The position numbers and the translations under genes are program-made. Of a stretch of 64,000 nt of DNA, positions 55,965 through 64,000 are shown in pieces. The notes beneath the pieces were generated by a model. It had not been told where the DNA came from. It ran no database searches and worked only from the letters and a program-made list of their open reading frames with translations. Within the stretch, counting starts at the first letter, position 1; every line of letters begins with the position of its first letter. Location of the stretch: positions 186,001-250,000 of IMG/VR virus record IMGVR_UViG_3300050120_000230; one strand, 5' to 3'.

Positions 55965-57749
55965 ATGGCTGGTTTGAAGACTCGATATAAAGTTGTCGGC
56001 ATCGGCATCTTGGCTCTGGGAGGCGTCTTCGGTCTGAAGTCTGCCGTTCAACATGGCCTGATCCCGGCTCCGGCCGCTCTCAAGGCGATGATCCCGCAGA
56101 AGGCTGACATCGCGACGCTGGGTGGCAACATCCAGATCGCGCCGACCCAGACCTATGACCTGTCCGCCGCGCCGGAAGCGAACGCGCCCAAGCGCACGTT
56201 CCTGATGATTCCGTGGCAGGGCGGCGGTGCGCTGACGCTCGCCAACGGCGGCGCCGGTGACGCCAGCGGCACGTTGATGCAGAAGTTCGCGGGTTCGAAC
56301 GTGAACCTTCAGCGGCAGGACGACTACGGCAAGATGCAAGAGCAACTGCTGAAGTTCGCCAGCGGCTTCAAGGCCGGTCAAGCGAACCCGGATGGTGCGG
56401 CCTACGTCCAGATCATGGGCGACGGTGGCCCGGCGTTCTTCGCCGGTGTCGAGCCCCAGATGGAGAAGCTCGGCCTTCACCTGAAGATCGTCGGCGTGAC
56501 CGGCTTCTCGCACGGCGAAGACAAGTGCATGGCGCCGGACGTGAACGGTGACCCGAACAAGGCCCGTGGCGACCTGATCGCCGCCGTGCCGCGCGACGGT
56601 GACTGGAACATCTGCGTCAAGTGGGCGTCGGACAACAACATTCCGATCAACACCGACAACACGGTCTACGATCCGACCGCCATCAACTTCGTCGATACGG
56701 ACAGCTTCACGCAAGCCGACGACAAGTTCATCGCGGGCGCCTACGAAGATCGTGACGAAGCCAAGAACGGCATCAAGACGGGCAAGCGCGTCCACGTCCA
56801 GATCAACGGCGTGGCGACGTGGACTCCCGGCGACGTGACCGTCATGGAGAAGAAGGGTGGCGTCGTTTCGCTGGCCTCGACCAAGGACTACGACCAGCAG
56901 ATGCCCGCCGTCATCATCGGCATCAAGGAAGAAATGGACAAGCACCCGGCGTTCGTCACCGGTATGCTTCGGGCCGTTGACCGCGCATCGTTCCAAGTCC
57001 GCACGACTTCGGATGGTGTGCAGAAGATGTCGGAAACTGAAGCCAAGGTGTTCGGCTCGGCGGGCGGCGACGAAGCGAAGCCGGAATACTGGGCACGCTT
57101 CTTCAACGGCTTCGACAGCCCGGACGGCAAGGTGAAGCTCGGTGGGTCGCGCGTTTCGACGCTGGCCGAAATCCGTGACTTCATGGGCATGGGCACCGGC
57201 ACCCTGAACGTCTACCAAGGCGTCTGGAACGTGTTCGGCGACTACGACAAGACCTTCTACCCGAAGCTGGTCCCCAGCTATCCGAAGTTCGCTGACGTGG
57301 TCGATACGAGCTACATCAAGGCCGCCCTCAACGGCGTCCAGATGACGGCTCCGACTTCGACGGCGTTCTCCACCCAGAAGACGATGTCGGCGACCGTGTC
57401 CAAGAAGGCCGTCTCCATCGAGTTCGACAACGGTAAGGCGACGATCCGCCCGACCAGCCGCGCTCAACTGGTGGACATCGCCAACCAGTCCGGCATGACC
57501 AGCCTGCTGATCCGCATCGAAGGTCACACGGACAACACCGGCAACCCGGATGCGAACGTCGCCCTGTCGCGGGCTCGCGCTCAAGCGGTGGCTACGGCGC
57601 TGACGAACATGGCCCCGGCCACGTTCCCGGCGACCCGTATGGAAGTGCGTGGCTACGGCGACACGAAGCCGGTCAACGATACGGCCGACCAGAACTCGCC
57701 GACCGAGCGCGCGAAGAACCGCCGCGTCGAGGTGATCCTCGGCAACTAA
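55965..57749 (+). CDS. ABC transporter substrate-binding protein (NitT/TauT-like) fused to a C-terminal OmpA-like peptidoglycan-binding domain
   Basis: N-terminal membrane anchor; IEFDNGK, EGHTDNTG, LSRARAQAV, GYG and NRRVEV OmpA motifs. Confidence 0.85.
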   Translation: MAGLKTRYKVVGIGILALGGVFGLKSAVQHGLIPAPAALKAMIPQKADIATLGGNIQIAPTQTYDLSAAPEANAPKRTFLMIPWQGGGALTLANGGAGDASGTLMQKFAGSNVNLQRQDDYGKMQEQLLKFASGFKAGQANPDGAAYVQIMGDGGPAFFAGVEPQMEKLGLHLKIVGVTGFSHGEDKCMAPDVNGDPNKARGDLIAAVPRDGDWNICVKWASDNNIPINTDNTVYDPTAINFVDTDSFTQADDKFIAGAYEDRDEAKNGIKTGKRVHVQINGVATWTPGDVTVMEKKGGVVSLASTKDYDQQMPAVIIGIKEEMDKHPAFVTGMLRAVDRASFQVRTTSDGVQKMSETEAKVFGSAGGDEAKPEYWARFFNGFDSPDGKVKLGGSRVSTLAEIRDFMGMGTGTLNVYQGVWNVFGDYDKTFYPKLVPSYPKFADVVDTSYIKAALNGVQMTAPTSTAFSTQKTMSATVSKKAVSIEFDNGKATIRPTSRAQLVDIANQSGMTSLLIRIEGHTDNTGNPDANVALSRARAQAVATALTNMAPATFPATRMEVRGYGDTKPVNDTADQNSPTERAKNRRVEVILGN

Positions 57750-57757
57750 GACGGCTT

Positions 57758-57790
57758 GGGGTGGGCTTCGGCCCACCCCTTTCCTCTTTC
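57758..57790 (+). terminator. intrinsic terminator between the binding protein and permease genes
   Basis: GGGGTGGGC-TTCG-GCCCACCCC followed by TTTCCTCTTT. Confidence 0.8.
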
Positions 57791-57815
57791 TCAGTAAGAT
57801 TTTCGGAGACCCGTC

Positions 57816-58625
57816 ATGGGCGTCCAATCCCTCCTGCTGCCTAACGAGAAGGTCAACGAGCGCGTTTCGCTGATCCTGACAGGCGGTTGGGTTTTGTTCA
57901 TTCTCGCCTTCTGGTGGGGTGTCCTGCCGCACGCTTCTGCGCTGATCCCCACCCCGCCCGAAGTGGCGAAGGCTGGGTTGATCCAATGGAACCAAGGCGC
58001 GGTCATCGTTGCCGACTCCAACGGTATTCATGCTGGCCAACTCATCATCAGCATTTTCACCAGCCTATCGGCGATCTTTTTCGCTCTTCTGTTGGGCCTA
58101 TCACTGGCCTATCTCTCGACGATCCCGTTGTTCAAAGCGCCGGTGCGCTTCATTGGGAGTGCGAGGGTTCTCAGCCTTACAGGCATGACCTTCATTTTCG
58201 TTCTGGCTACGCCCAATGGCTACTGGCTCAAGGTGTCGGTTCTGATCTTTGCCATCGTGGTTTTCTTCATCAACGCCATGCTTCAAGTGATCGAAGACAT
58301 TCCACAAGGTCGGTTCGACCATGCTCGAACCCTTGGAATGAATCACTGGGAAGTTCTTCGTGAAGTGGTCATCCGGGGAACACTTGCTTCCGCGTTTGAT
58401 ACGCTGCGGATGAATGCCGCCATGGCGTGGATGATGCTGACCATGGTCGAAAGCATGTCGCGTTCCGGCGGTGGGATTGGCATCGTGCTGGTCGAGCTTG
58501 CTCGGACGGCCAACTATGCCGCAATCTTCAGCGTTCAGTTGATGATTTTCGTCGTCGGTATCGCCCAAGACAAACTCGTGCAGTTCGCCAAATTGGCAGC
58601 CTGCCCTTACACGAAGGGTCAATAG
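57816..58625 (+). CDS. ABC transporter permease (SsuC/TauC-like)
   Basis: about six TM helices; EAA-like loop DHARTLGMNHWEVLREVV. Confidence 0.88.
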   Translation: MGVQSLLLPNEKVNERVSLILTGGWVLFILAFWWGVLPHASALIPTPPEVAKAGLIQWNQGAVIVADSNGIHAGQLIISIFTSLSAIFFALLLGLSLAYLSTIPLFKAPVRFIGSARVLSLTGMTFIFVLATPNGYWLKVSVLIFAIVVFFINAMLQVIEDIPQGRFDHARTLGMNHWEVLREVVIRGTLASAFDTLRMNAAMAWMMLTMVESMSRSGGGIGIVLVELARTANYAAIFSVQLMIFVVGIAQDKLVQFAKLAACPYTKGQ

Positions 58626-59510
58626 ATGAGCGGCGTCGTGGGTTACGAATACGAACTCAAAGACACGCTCTTGGACGTGCGCGACGTGAGCATGGTCTAT
58701 GGAGACAATGTCGTCCTGCGTGATGTGAGTTTCCAGATCAAAGATATCGTCCGGCCGGGTAAAACACAGGGTCAGGTCAATGCTTTGCTGGCGCCCTCCG
58801 GCACGGGGAAAACTCAGCTATTTCGATGTATCGCTGGGCTCCAAGTTCCGACCAACGGTGAAGTTTTCTTGAACCGCCATGATTGCACCGCTGATGGCAA
58901 AGCCGTCGTGGATGACAAGGGCCAGCCAATTTTGAAGCCGGTGACAGTTGGGTCAGTCGGCGTGGTTGCACAGGACTATCCGCTGTTCAATCACCTGTCC
59001 GTCTGGGACAATCTGATGATGGCGGCCGAAATCAAGATGAACAAGGCCGCCGCCACAGAAAAAGTCGAAGCGTTGCTTCAACGTTTCGGTCTCTCCGAAC
59101 GACGCACGTTCTATCCGCAGGCGCTTTCTGGCGGCCAGCGGCAACGCGTGGCGATCATCCAGCAAATGGTCTGCAATGGTAAATTGCTGCTGATGGATGA
59201 ACCATTCTCCGGTCTCGATATCATCATGAAGGAAGAGGTGCAGAACCTCATCTCCGACGTGGCCGCGTCCGACGAGTGGAATTCTGTCATCGTCACGACC
59301 CATGACATCCAAAGCGCCATCGCCGTGGCCGACACGATTCTTCTGTTGGGCAAAGAACGCAAGCCCAACGGTGAGATCGTCCCCGGCGCCTACATCAAGC
59401 ACACCTACAATTTGATGGACCTTGGGCTGACTTGGCACCCGGATATCGCTTCTCTTCCGGCATTTGCCGAACTTGAACGCGAAATCAAGGCGCGGTTTAG
59501 GGAACTGTGA
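58626..59510 (+). CDS. ABC transporter ATP-binding protein (SsuB/TauB-like)
   Basis: APSGTGKT, Q-loop VAQD, LSGGQRQR, LLMDEPFSGLD and TTHD. Confidence 0.93.
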   Translation: MSGVVGYEYELKDTLLDVRDVSMVYGDNVVLRDVSFQIKDIVRPGKTQGQVNALLAPSGTGKTQLFRCIAGLQVPTNGEVFLNRHDCTADGKAVVDDKGQPILKPVTVGSVGVVAQDYPLFNHLSVWDNLMMAAEIKMNKAAATEKVEALLQRFGLSERRTFYPQALSGGQRQRVAIIQQMVCNGKLLLMDEPFSGLDIIMKEEVQNLISDVAASDEWNSVIVTTHDIQSAIAVADTILLLGKERKPNGEIVPGAYIKHTYNLMDLGLTWHPDIASLPAFAELEREIKARFREL

Positions 59511-59758
59511 TGGATTACGAAACGGTCGTTCGAGCGAGTTTGGCCGGGACGCTCATTCTCGTCACCATAACGTTGGCCATCATGTTCGCAGATTGGTGGC
59601 GGCGGGGCCGCAGTAGTCATTGGGTTACGGTGGCTCAAATCGACGGCATCGTCTATCAACAACACAAAACGCGCCCCGAATGGCGGCGATGGTATCCGAC
59701 TTTCAGTGGATACCGGGTGCGGATCGACTGGATCAAGGGCAGAACCGACAAGCTCTAA
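59507..59758 (+). CDS. small membrane protein
   Basis: one N-terminal TM helix; GTGA overlap. Confidence 0.55.
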   Translation: MMDYETVVRASLAGTLILVTITLAIMFADWWRRGRSSHWVTVAQIDGIVYQQHKTRPEWRRWYPTFSGYRVRIDWIKGRTDKL

Positions 59759-59827
59759 TCCATTTTCGTTGACGAAATTATAATCTGGGGGCATGATGCT
59801 TGTAACAAAACAAGCACGAGGCACCCC

Positions 59828-60373
59828 ATGACCGACCGTTTCACGCGTCCCCAAACCGAATTGCTTCGTTCTCTCGACGAAGAGCCCGGTGTATGGGCCG
59901 AGTGCAACGAAAGCGAATGGCGGACTGCCGTGTCGCTGCAAAAGCGCGGCCTCGTCGAACTTGATCGCGATCCGAGCGACCATTCGCCTCGTCGTTTCGA
60001 TGCGCGCACCACTTCGGTCAGCCCGAACTACAACAACGGTGTTCGAGACATTCCCTACGACAAGCACGTCTTCGTGCTTGCACGGCCGATCAAGGGCGAC
60101 TGGAAGGAATACGACGGTTCGACCAGTGCACGCGGTCGCCAAGAGTTCCGCCCCTGCATGATCCAAGGCCACGACGGCGGCCAGCGCCTCTATGTGATCG
60201 GCAGCCAATACGCCTACGATCTGACCAAGTTCGAAATCCGCGAATTCGAAGCGTTCTCGGCCAAGCCGGTAAAGGACGATTTGCTGCACAAGCTGCTGGT
60301 CAATGGCGAGGCCGATGCCGAAGAACAGGCGGATGCGGCGAACTGGATTGGCCGTCTGGCGGGACAAGCCTGA
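59828..60373 (+). CDS. hypothetical protein
   Basis: GAGG RBS; TTGACG-N17-CATGAT promoter at 59769. Confidence 0.7.
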   Translation: MTDRFTRPQTELLRSLDEEPGVWAECNESEWRTAVSLQKRGLVELDRDPSDHSPRRFDARTTSVSPNYNNGVRDIPYDKHVFVLARPIKGDWKEYDGSTSARGRQEFRPCMIQGHDGGQRLYVIGSQYAYDLTKFEIREFEAFSAKPVKDDLLHKLLVNGEADAEEQADAANWIGRLAGQA

Positions 60374-60591
60374 TGGCTGGTCTTCGTCGTCTTGCAAAGA
60401 TGTTCGGCGGTCTCACCGCAATCAGCACCAATCCGGTCACCGGGGAAGTGACGAAGGTCGAACACGTTTGGGACTACGTCGCCGATGAACCGACCACTAG
60501 CGACGAGATGCCTGTGGGTTCTGAAAGATGGAAGGCGTCTGAACGCGTGAAATGGGCTAATGTCGGTGGCGGCGAAGACAAATTGATCTGA
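60373..60591 (+). CDS. small hypothetical protein
   Basis: TGATG coupling; 72 aa. Confidence 0.6.
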   Translation: MAGLRRLAKMFGGLTAISTNPVTGEVTKVEHVWDYVADEPTTSDEMPVGSERWKASERVKWANVGGGEDKLI

Positions 60592-60611
60592 GTCGTGAAG
60601 CCGACATTTAC

Positions 60612-60639
60612 TTGACGGAAATTGGTTTGCGAATAAGCT
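60612..60639 (+). promoter_or_regulatory. early/host-type promoter giving a leaderless argS mRNA
   Basis: TTGACG-N16-TAAGCT, ATG 7 nt downstream, no SD. Confidence 0.6.
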
Positions 60640-60646
60640 GCACCGT

Positions 60647-62236
60647 ATGGACATTCTAGAGCAACTTTTGAGTCAGGCATTCGCCGCCGAAGGTTTGGAC
60701 CCCGCACTTGCTGTGGTGTCGCCTTCGGAGCGGCCGGACCTTGCCGATTTTCAATCGAACGGAGTGTTTCTAGCGGCCAAGGCTGCGCGGATAAATCCTC
60801 GGGCTCTGGCCGAGCGGATCGTTGAACGGCTCAAACACCCAGACATCACGTTCGAAGTAGCCGGGCCGGGCTATATCAACATGACGCTGGGTCCGGCTCT
60901 GCTCGAAAAGATGCTGCTGGACAACAGTCCGATCCCACAGGTTTCCGGTCGGATCGTGTTGGATTTCGGTGGACCGAATGTCGCCAAGCCGATGCATGTG
61001 GGTCATATGCGGTCTCTGGTGATCGGTGACGCCCTTCAACGGATTTTGCGGTTCGTGGGCTACGAGGTGCTGTCCGACATCCACCTCGGCGACTGGGGCC
61101 TCCAAATGGGCCTGTTGCTGGCGGCCTTGGAAGGCACACCGCTACATGACTACAATATCGCGCTGTTGGAAAAAACCTATCCACAGGCGGCGGCTCTTGC
61201 CAAAGAGGATGAACCCTTCCGGTTGAAGGCACAGATGTTCACGCGCCTACTGCAACAAGGTGATCCCGAGCTTATGCAGCGGTGGCGGAAAATGGTCTGC
61301 GTGAGCATGACCACCGTCAATCGGGAGCTTGCTGCTCTGAAAGTCAATTTCACTCTCATGAAGGGTGAAAGTGACGTTCAGGACTTGATCCCCGATATGA
61401 TCGCGAGCTTCGTCGCCAAAGGGATCGTAGAGGAAGACAACGGGGCGCTCGTCGTCCGGGTTGGAGAACCTCCACTCATCCTGCGGAAGTCGGATGGTGC
61501 GGCTCTCTATTCCACGACCGATCTCGCGACGATCCTTGATCGGAAGGCAGCCTTCGATCCCGACAAGATCATCTATGTGACCGATGAACGGCAGCAACTT
61601 CACTTCAAGCAGGTTTTCGCGGCGGCCGAGATGGCTGGTTATCTGAACGGCAAGCTCGAACTCGAACACATCTGGTTCGGGACGGTGAACGACGCCAATG
61701 GCAAGCCACTCAAGACGCGGGCTGGTGGTGTGCCGAAGTTGCACGACCTGATCGAAGAAGCGATCACCAAGGCGTCCGAGAAGAATGCTGAATCGGCGAT
61801 CCCGGTGGCTATGGCGGCGTTGAAGTTCGCCGATCTACAAAACCCTCGGACAGGGTCGTATTCTTTCGATCTCGATAAGTTCCTGAGCTTCGAAGGCAAG
61901 ACCGGCCCATATCTGCTCTATCAAGCGGTGCGGATCAAATCCATCCTCGTCAAGTCGGTTGAACCCGGCCCGATTACGCTTGAGACCGCACAGGAGCGGG
62001 CTCTTGCGTTCAAGCTGGTGTTCGGTTTCCGGCAGGCGCTCGATGGCGCCGTGCGGCGATTGTCGCCCAAAGAGATCGCCGATCACGCCTACGATCTCGC
62101 GCAATCCTTCTCGAAGTATTATGCGAACACGCAGATCGGAGAATCACCGTCGAGGGTGGCCCTCTCTGCCAAGGTGTTGGCCCAACTGGAATGCTGCTTG
62201 GGTCTGATGGGTATCGATATCCCCGAGCGGATGTGA
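60647..62236 (+). CDS. argS: arginyl-tRNA synthetase
   Basis: N-terminal add-on domain (ADFQSN, VAGPGYIN), PNVAKPMHVGHMRS HIGH motif, GDWGLQMG, KSDG..LY.TTDLA, EGKTGPYLLY and DALR-type anticodon domain. Confidence 0.95.
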   Translation: MDILEQLLSQAFAAEGLDPALAVVSPSERPDLADFQSNGVFLAAKAARINPRALAERIVERLKHPDITFEVAGPGYINMTLGPALLEKMLLDNSPIPQVSGRIVLDFGGPNVAKPMHVGHMRSLVIGDALQRILRFVGYEVLSDIHLGDWGLQMGLLLAALEGTPLHDYNIALLEKTYPQAAALAKEDEPFRLKAQMFTRLLQQGDPELMQRWRKMVCVSMTTVNRELAALKVNFTLMKGESDVQDLIPDMIASFVAKGIVEEDNGALVVRVGEPPLILRKSDGAALYSTTDLATILDRKAAFDPDKIIYVTDERQQLHFKQVFAAAEMAGYLNGKLELEHIWFGTVNDANGKPLKTRAGGVPKLHDLIEEAITKASEKNAESAIPVAMAALKFADLQNPRTGSYSFDLDKFLSFEGKTGPYLLYQAVRIKSILVKSVEPGPITLETAQERALAFKLVFGFRQALDGAVRRLSPKEIADHAYDLAQSFSKYYANTQIGESPSRVALSAKVLAQLECCLGLMGIDIPERM

Positions 62237-62496
62237 TGCGCTGGTTCTGGGAAATGCTCTATCGCCGCCAAGCGGTAGAGGTTGTCCTTGATCGAGATTG
62301 CATCAGAGTTCTCGGCGGTGATGGTCCCACGACCTTGGCCAGACTACGAGATGTCGAGCGCGAATGGTGTCGTCACAACGTTCGCAGGCCATTCGGTCTA
62401 TATTGCCGATGGCGAGGCGTAGGGGGCGGATACCATGCGTATCTGTGGTTCATTGAGCCGAAAGATGCTGCACTCTTCAAAATGTTTCAAACGTGA
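62236..62496 (+). CDS. hypothetical protein, FKL-motif family
   Basis: ends LWFIEPKDAALFKMFQT. Confidence 0.65.
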   Translation: MRWFWEMLYRRQAVEVVLDRDCIRVLGGDGPTTLARLRDVEREWCRHNVRRPFGLYCRWRGVGGGYHAYLWFIEPKDAALFKMFQT

Positions 62497-62513
62497 CGTG
62501 TCCTAAATAGTGG

Positions 62514-63650
62514 ATGCGTGAGTTCATCAATCTCCTAGAGCAAGCCGACAACGTCACGCTCTATCGCGGCGACAGCGGCCCTGTGGAGAAGTTCGAACTG
62601 GCCAAGACCGATTCAGGAGCTTTGCTCGGCATCGGCATCTATCTCACCGATAGCCCGGAAGTGGCTGGCGACTATACCGTCAAGGGTTCCCAAGACATCG
62701 CCTATCCGTCAGGGCGCCGGGGCGAAGACAATTCGTTCAACGATCCGAAGCAATTGACCGCTGGGTATCTGCGGAAACTCATGAACGATGCTGGTTTCCA
62801 ACAGCAAATGGACGACACGAAAAATCAGTGGCAGGACAAATATTACAGCCTGTCGCGAGATATCGATTGGACCGACCATGAACGTGCTCGTAAGGAGCGC
62901 GACGAAATGCAAGCCAAGTTCCAAGCGGACTATCAGGTCGTCCGATCCAAGATGATCCGCGCCGCCGTGGCCAAGGCCAAGGCACAGTTCAAGGCGATTC
63001 GACCGAACCTACGGATGGTCAAGCTGACCACTGGGGAATACATCTTCACGAAAGTTGGCCGGGCGGCCAGCATCGCGAAGTTTATCGTGCCTACGGCCTA
63101 CCTCGAACGATGCCTTCATGCTGAGCGGCCTCTGCCTGATGATCTTCTTCCGATCATGAAAGCGGCTTTCGCTCGTGTGGCTCATGACAAAAACCCCGAT
63201 CAAAAATGGGACCTACGGGTTCGGAATCCCAAGGGGAACAACGGCGACGAAGACATTGGCCTTTCATTCGATGAGTTCATCGCAGGCTTTCGTAAAGCGG
63301 GCGCTCGCTACGCGTGGACGGACGAAGTTCGTGGCGGCAAGGGTGAGAACCCTTCGCTCGACATCCTCTGGAACGGCACGCACAGCGGCTATCACGTCTT
63401 CCAGAACAAAGAAGCACAAGAGACCCTCATGCATGAACTCATGGCCATGGGCTACGTCGGCTACGCCTACGACGGCGGCGTTCGTCTAGCTGGCACCGGT
63501 GCTCGTGGTGGCGGTGGCATTCGTCACAACGCCTACGTTCTTTGGGACGAAAATGCCGTTCATTCTTTCCGCGTCGAGGGCGGCGGGGTGACTGATGACG
63601 AAGTCGGTGACTTGGAAAAAGGTATCAAGGCAGCAAAAGTCCTGCGTTAA
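62514..63650 (+). CDS. ADP-ribosyltransferase-like (polyvalent-protein ART type) late protein
   Basis: TLYRGD, GIGIYLTD..EVAGDY; starts MREFINLLE; TAAATA 4 nt upstream. Confidence 0.6.
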   Translation: MREFINLLEQADNVTLYRGDSGPVEKFELAKTDSGALLGIGIYLTDSPEVAGDYTVKGSQDIAYPSGRRGEDNSFNDPKQLTAGYLRKLMNDAGFQQQMDDTKNQWQDKYYSLSRDIDWTDHERARKERDEMQAKFQADYQVVRSKMIRAAVAKAKAQFKAIRPNLRMVKLTTGEYIFTKVGRAASIAKFIVPTAYLERCLHAERPLPDDLLPIMKAAFARVAHDKNPDQKWDLRVRNPKGNNGDEDIGLSFDEFIAGFRKAGARYAWTDEVRGGKGENPSLDILWNGTHSGYHVFQNKEAQETLMHELMAMGYVGYAYDGGVRLAGTGARGGGGIRHNAYVLWDENAVHSFRVEGGGVTDDEVGDLEKGIKAAKVLR

Positions 63651-63664
63651 ACACTAAATAGTTC

Positions 63665-64000
63665 ATGTTTTCGATGCGTGAACTGATGTTGATGGTCGAA
63701 ACCGAGCGTCCGAGAGAAGGGCCGCCGGTTCCCGACACGTTGTTCCATGGCACCGGTGAAGAAGCGTGGAATAGCATCCAAGAGAGCGACACCATGTATT
63801 CGTCGGATCACAGAGACGAAGACGCTATTTCCTTCACCACCGATTGGCACACTGCAAATCGCTTCGCACAAGCCGTAGCCAAGCGAGAGGGCGGCGCCGG
63901 AGTCATCATCGAGTTCAACGGTGACGATCTGGCTCGCAAGTTCAACGTCGAGCCATTTTCAGATAGTGGGCTGGTTCACGCCGAACAAGAATGGCTAGTC
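63665..64000 (+). CDS. ADP-ribosyltransferase-like protein, 3'-truncated by the window edge
   Basis: own translation: MFSMRELMLMVE...LFHGT...ISFTTD...AEQEWLV; TAAATA 63655-60; not in the ORF track. Confidence 0.6.
   Translation, partial: MFSMRELMLMVETERPREGPPVPDTLFHGTGEEAWNSIQESDTMYSSDHRDEDAISFTTDWHTANRFAQAVAKREGGAGVIIEFNGDDLARKFNVEPFSDSGLVHAEQEWLV

Larger units (their letters stand above)
10771..63660. promoter_or_regulatory. dispersed TAAATA T4-late-like promoter motif
   Basis: plus strand: 10771, 17510, 20864, 22240, 26505, 36874, 38123, 40654, 43363, 47566, 48734, 51686, 62504, 63655; minus strand: 22201, 26220, 30729; all just upstream of gene starts. Confidence 0.75.

Noticed and set aside
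55920-58040. 706-aa minus-strand ORF and other long antisense ORFs (1479-2975, 12890-14176, 43627-45603, 49627-51294)
   Set aside because: Shadow frames of strongly biased GC-rich genes; no motifs or RBS
1-64000. Stop-codon reassignment
   Set aside because: Core genes are full length in the standard code, and TAG is used as a normal stop (for example at 8000 and 16090)

Overview
This window is a gene-dense, GC-rich segment of a T4-superfamily-like jumbo myophage. The host is inferred to be an alphaproteobacterium, possibly Caulobacteraceae. Recognisable core genes are a UvsW-like helicase, a probable clamp-loader subunit, a miniature DnaE-like polymerase core, primase, a DnaB/gp41 helicase, an exonuclease, nrdA/nrdB and acidic prohead-core-like proteins. 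Accessory genes include an outer-membrane beta-barrel, a TPM/LemA-like pair, an exported trypsin-like protease, a five-gene ABC-transporter locus with an OmpA-fused binding protein, and a full arginyl-tRNA synthetase. Two promoter classes recur: TTGACG-N16-TANNNT (early/host-type) and TAAATA (T4-late-like, often giving leaderless mRNA). The most striking observations are: (1) an ArfA-like ribosome-rescue gene whose terminator lies inside the ORF, so it should make non-stop mRNA, and whose RBS is hidden in a hairpin that the late promoter would open; (2) many late proteins sharing a capsid-targeting-like N-terminal peptide, several with ADP-ribosyltransferase-like motifs; (3) three non-coding promoter-to-terminator units that look like structured RNAs; (4) a dispersed paralogous family ending in F-x4-D-A-x2-F-K-[LM]-x-[WF]. 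No tRNA, rRNA, CRISPR array, intein or transposase was found. All calls come from motif recognition by eye; no database searches were run.
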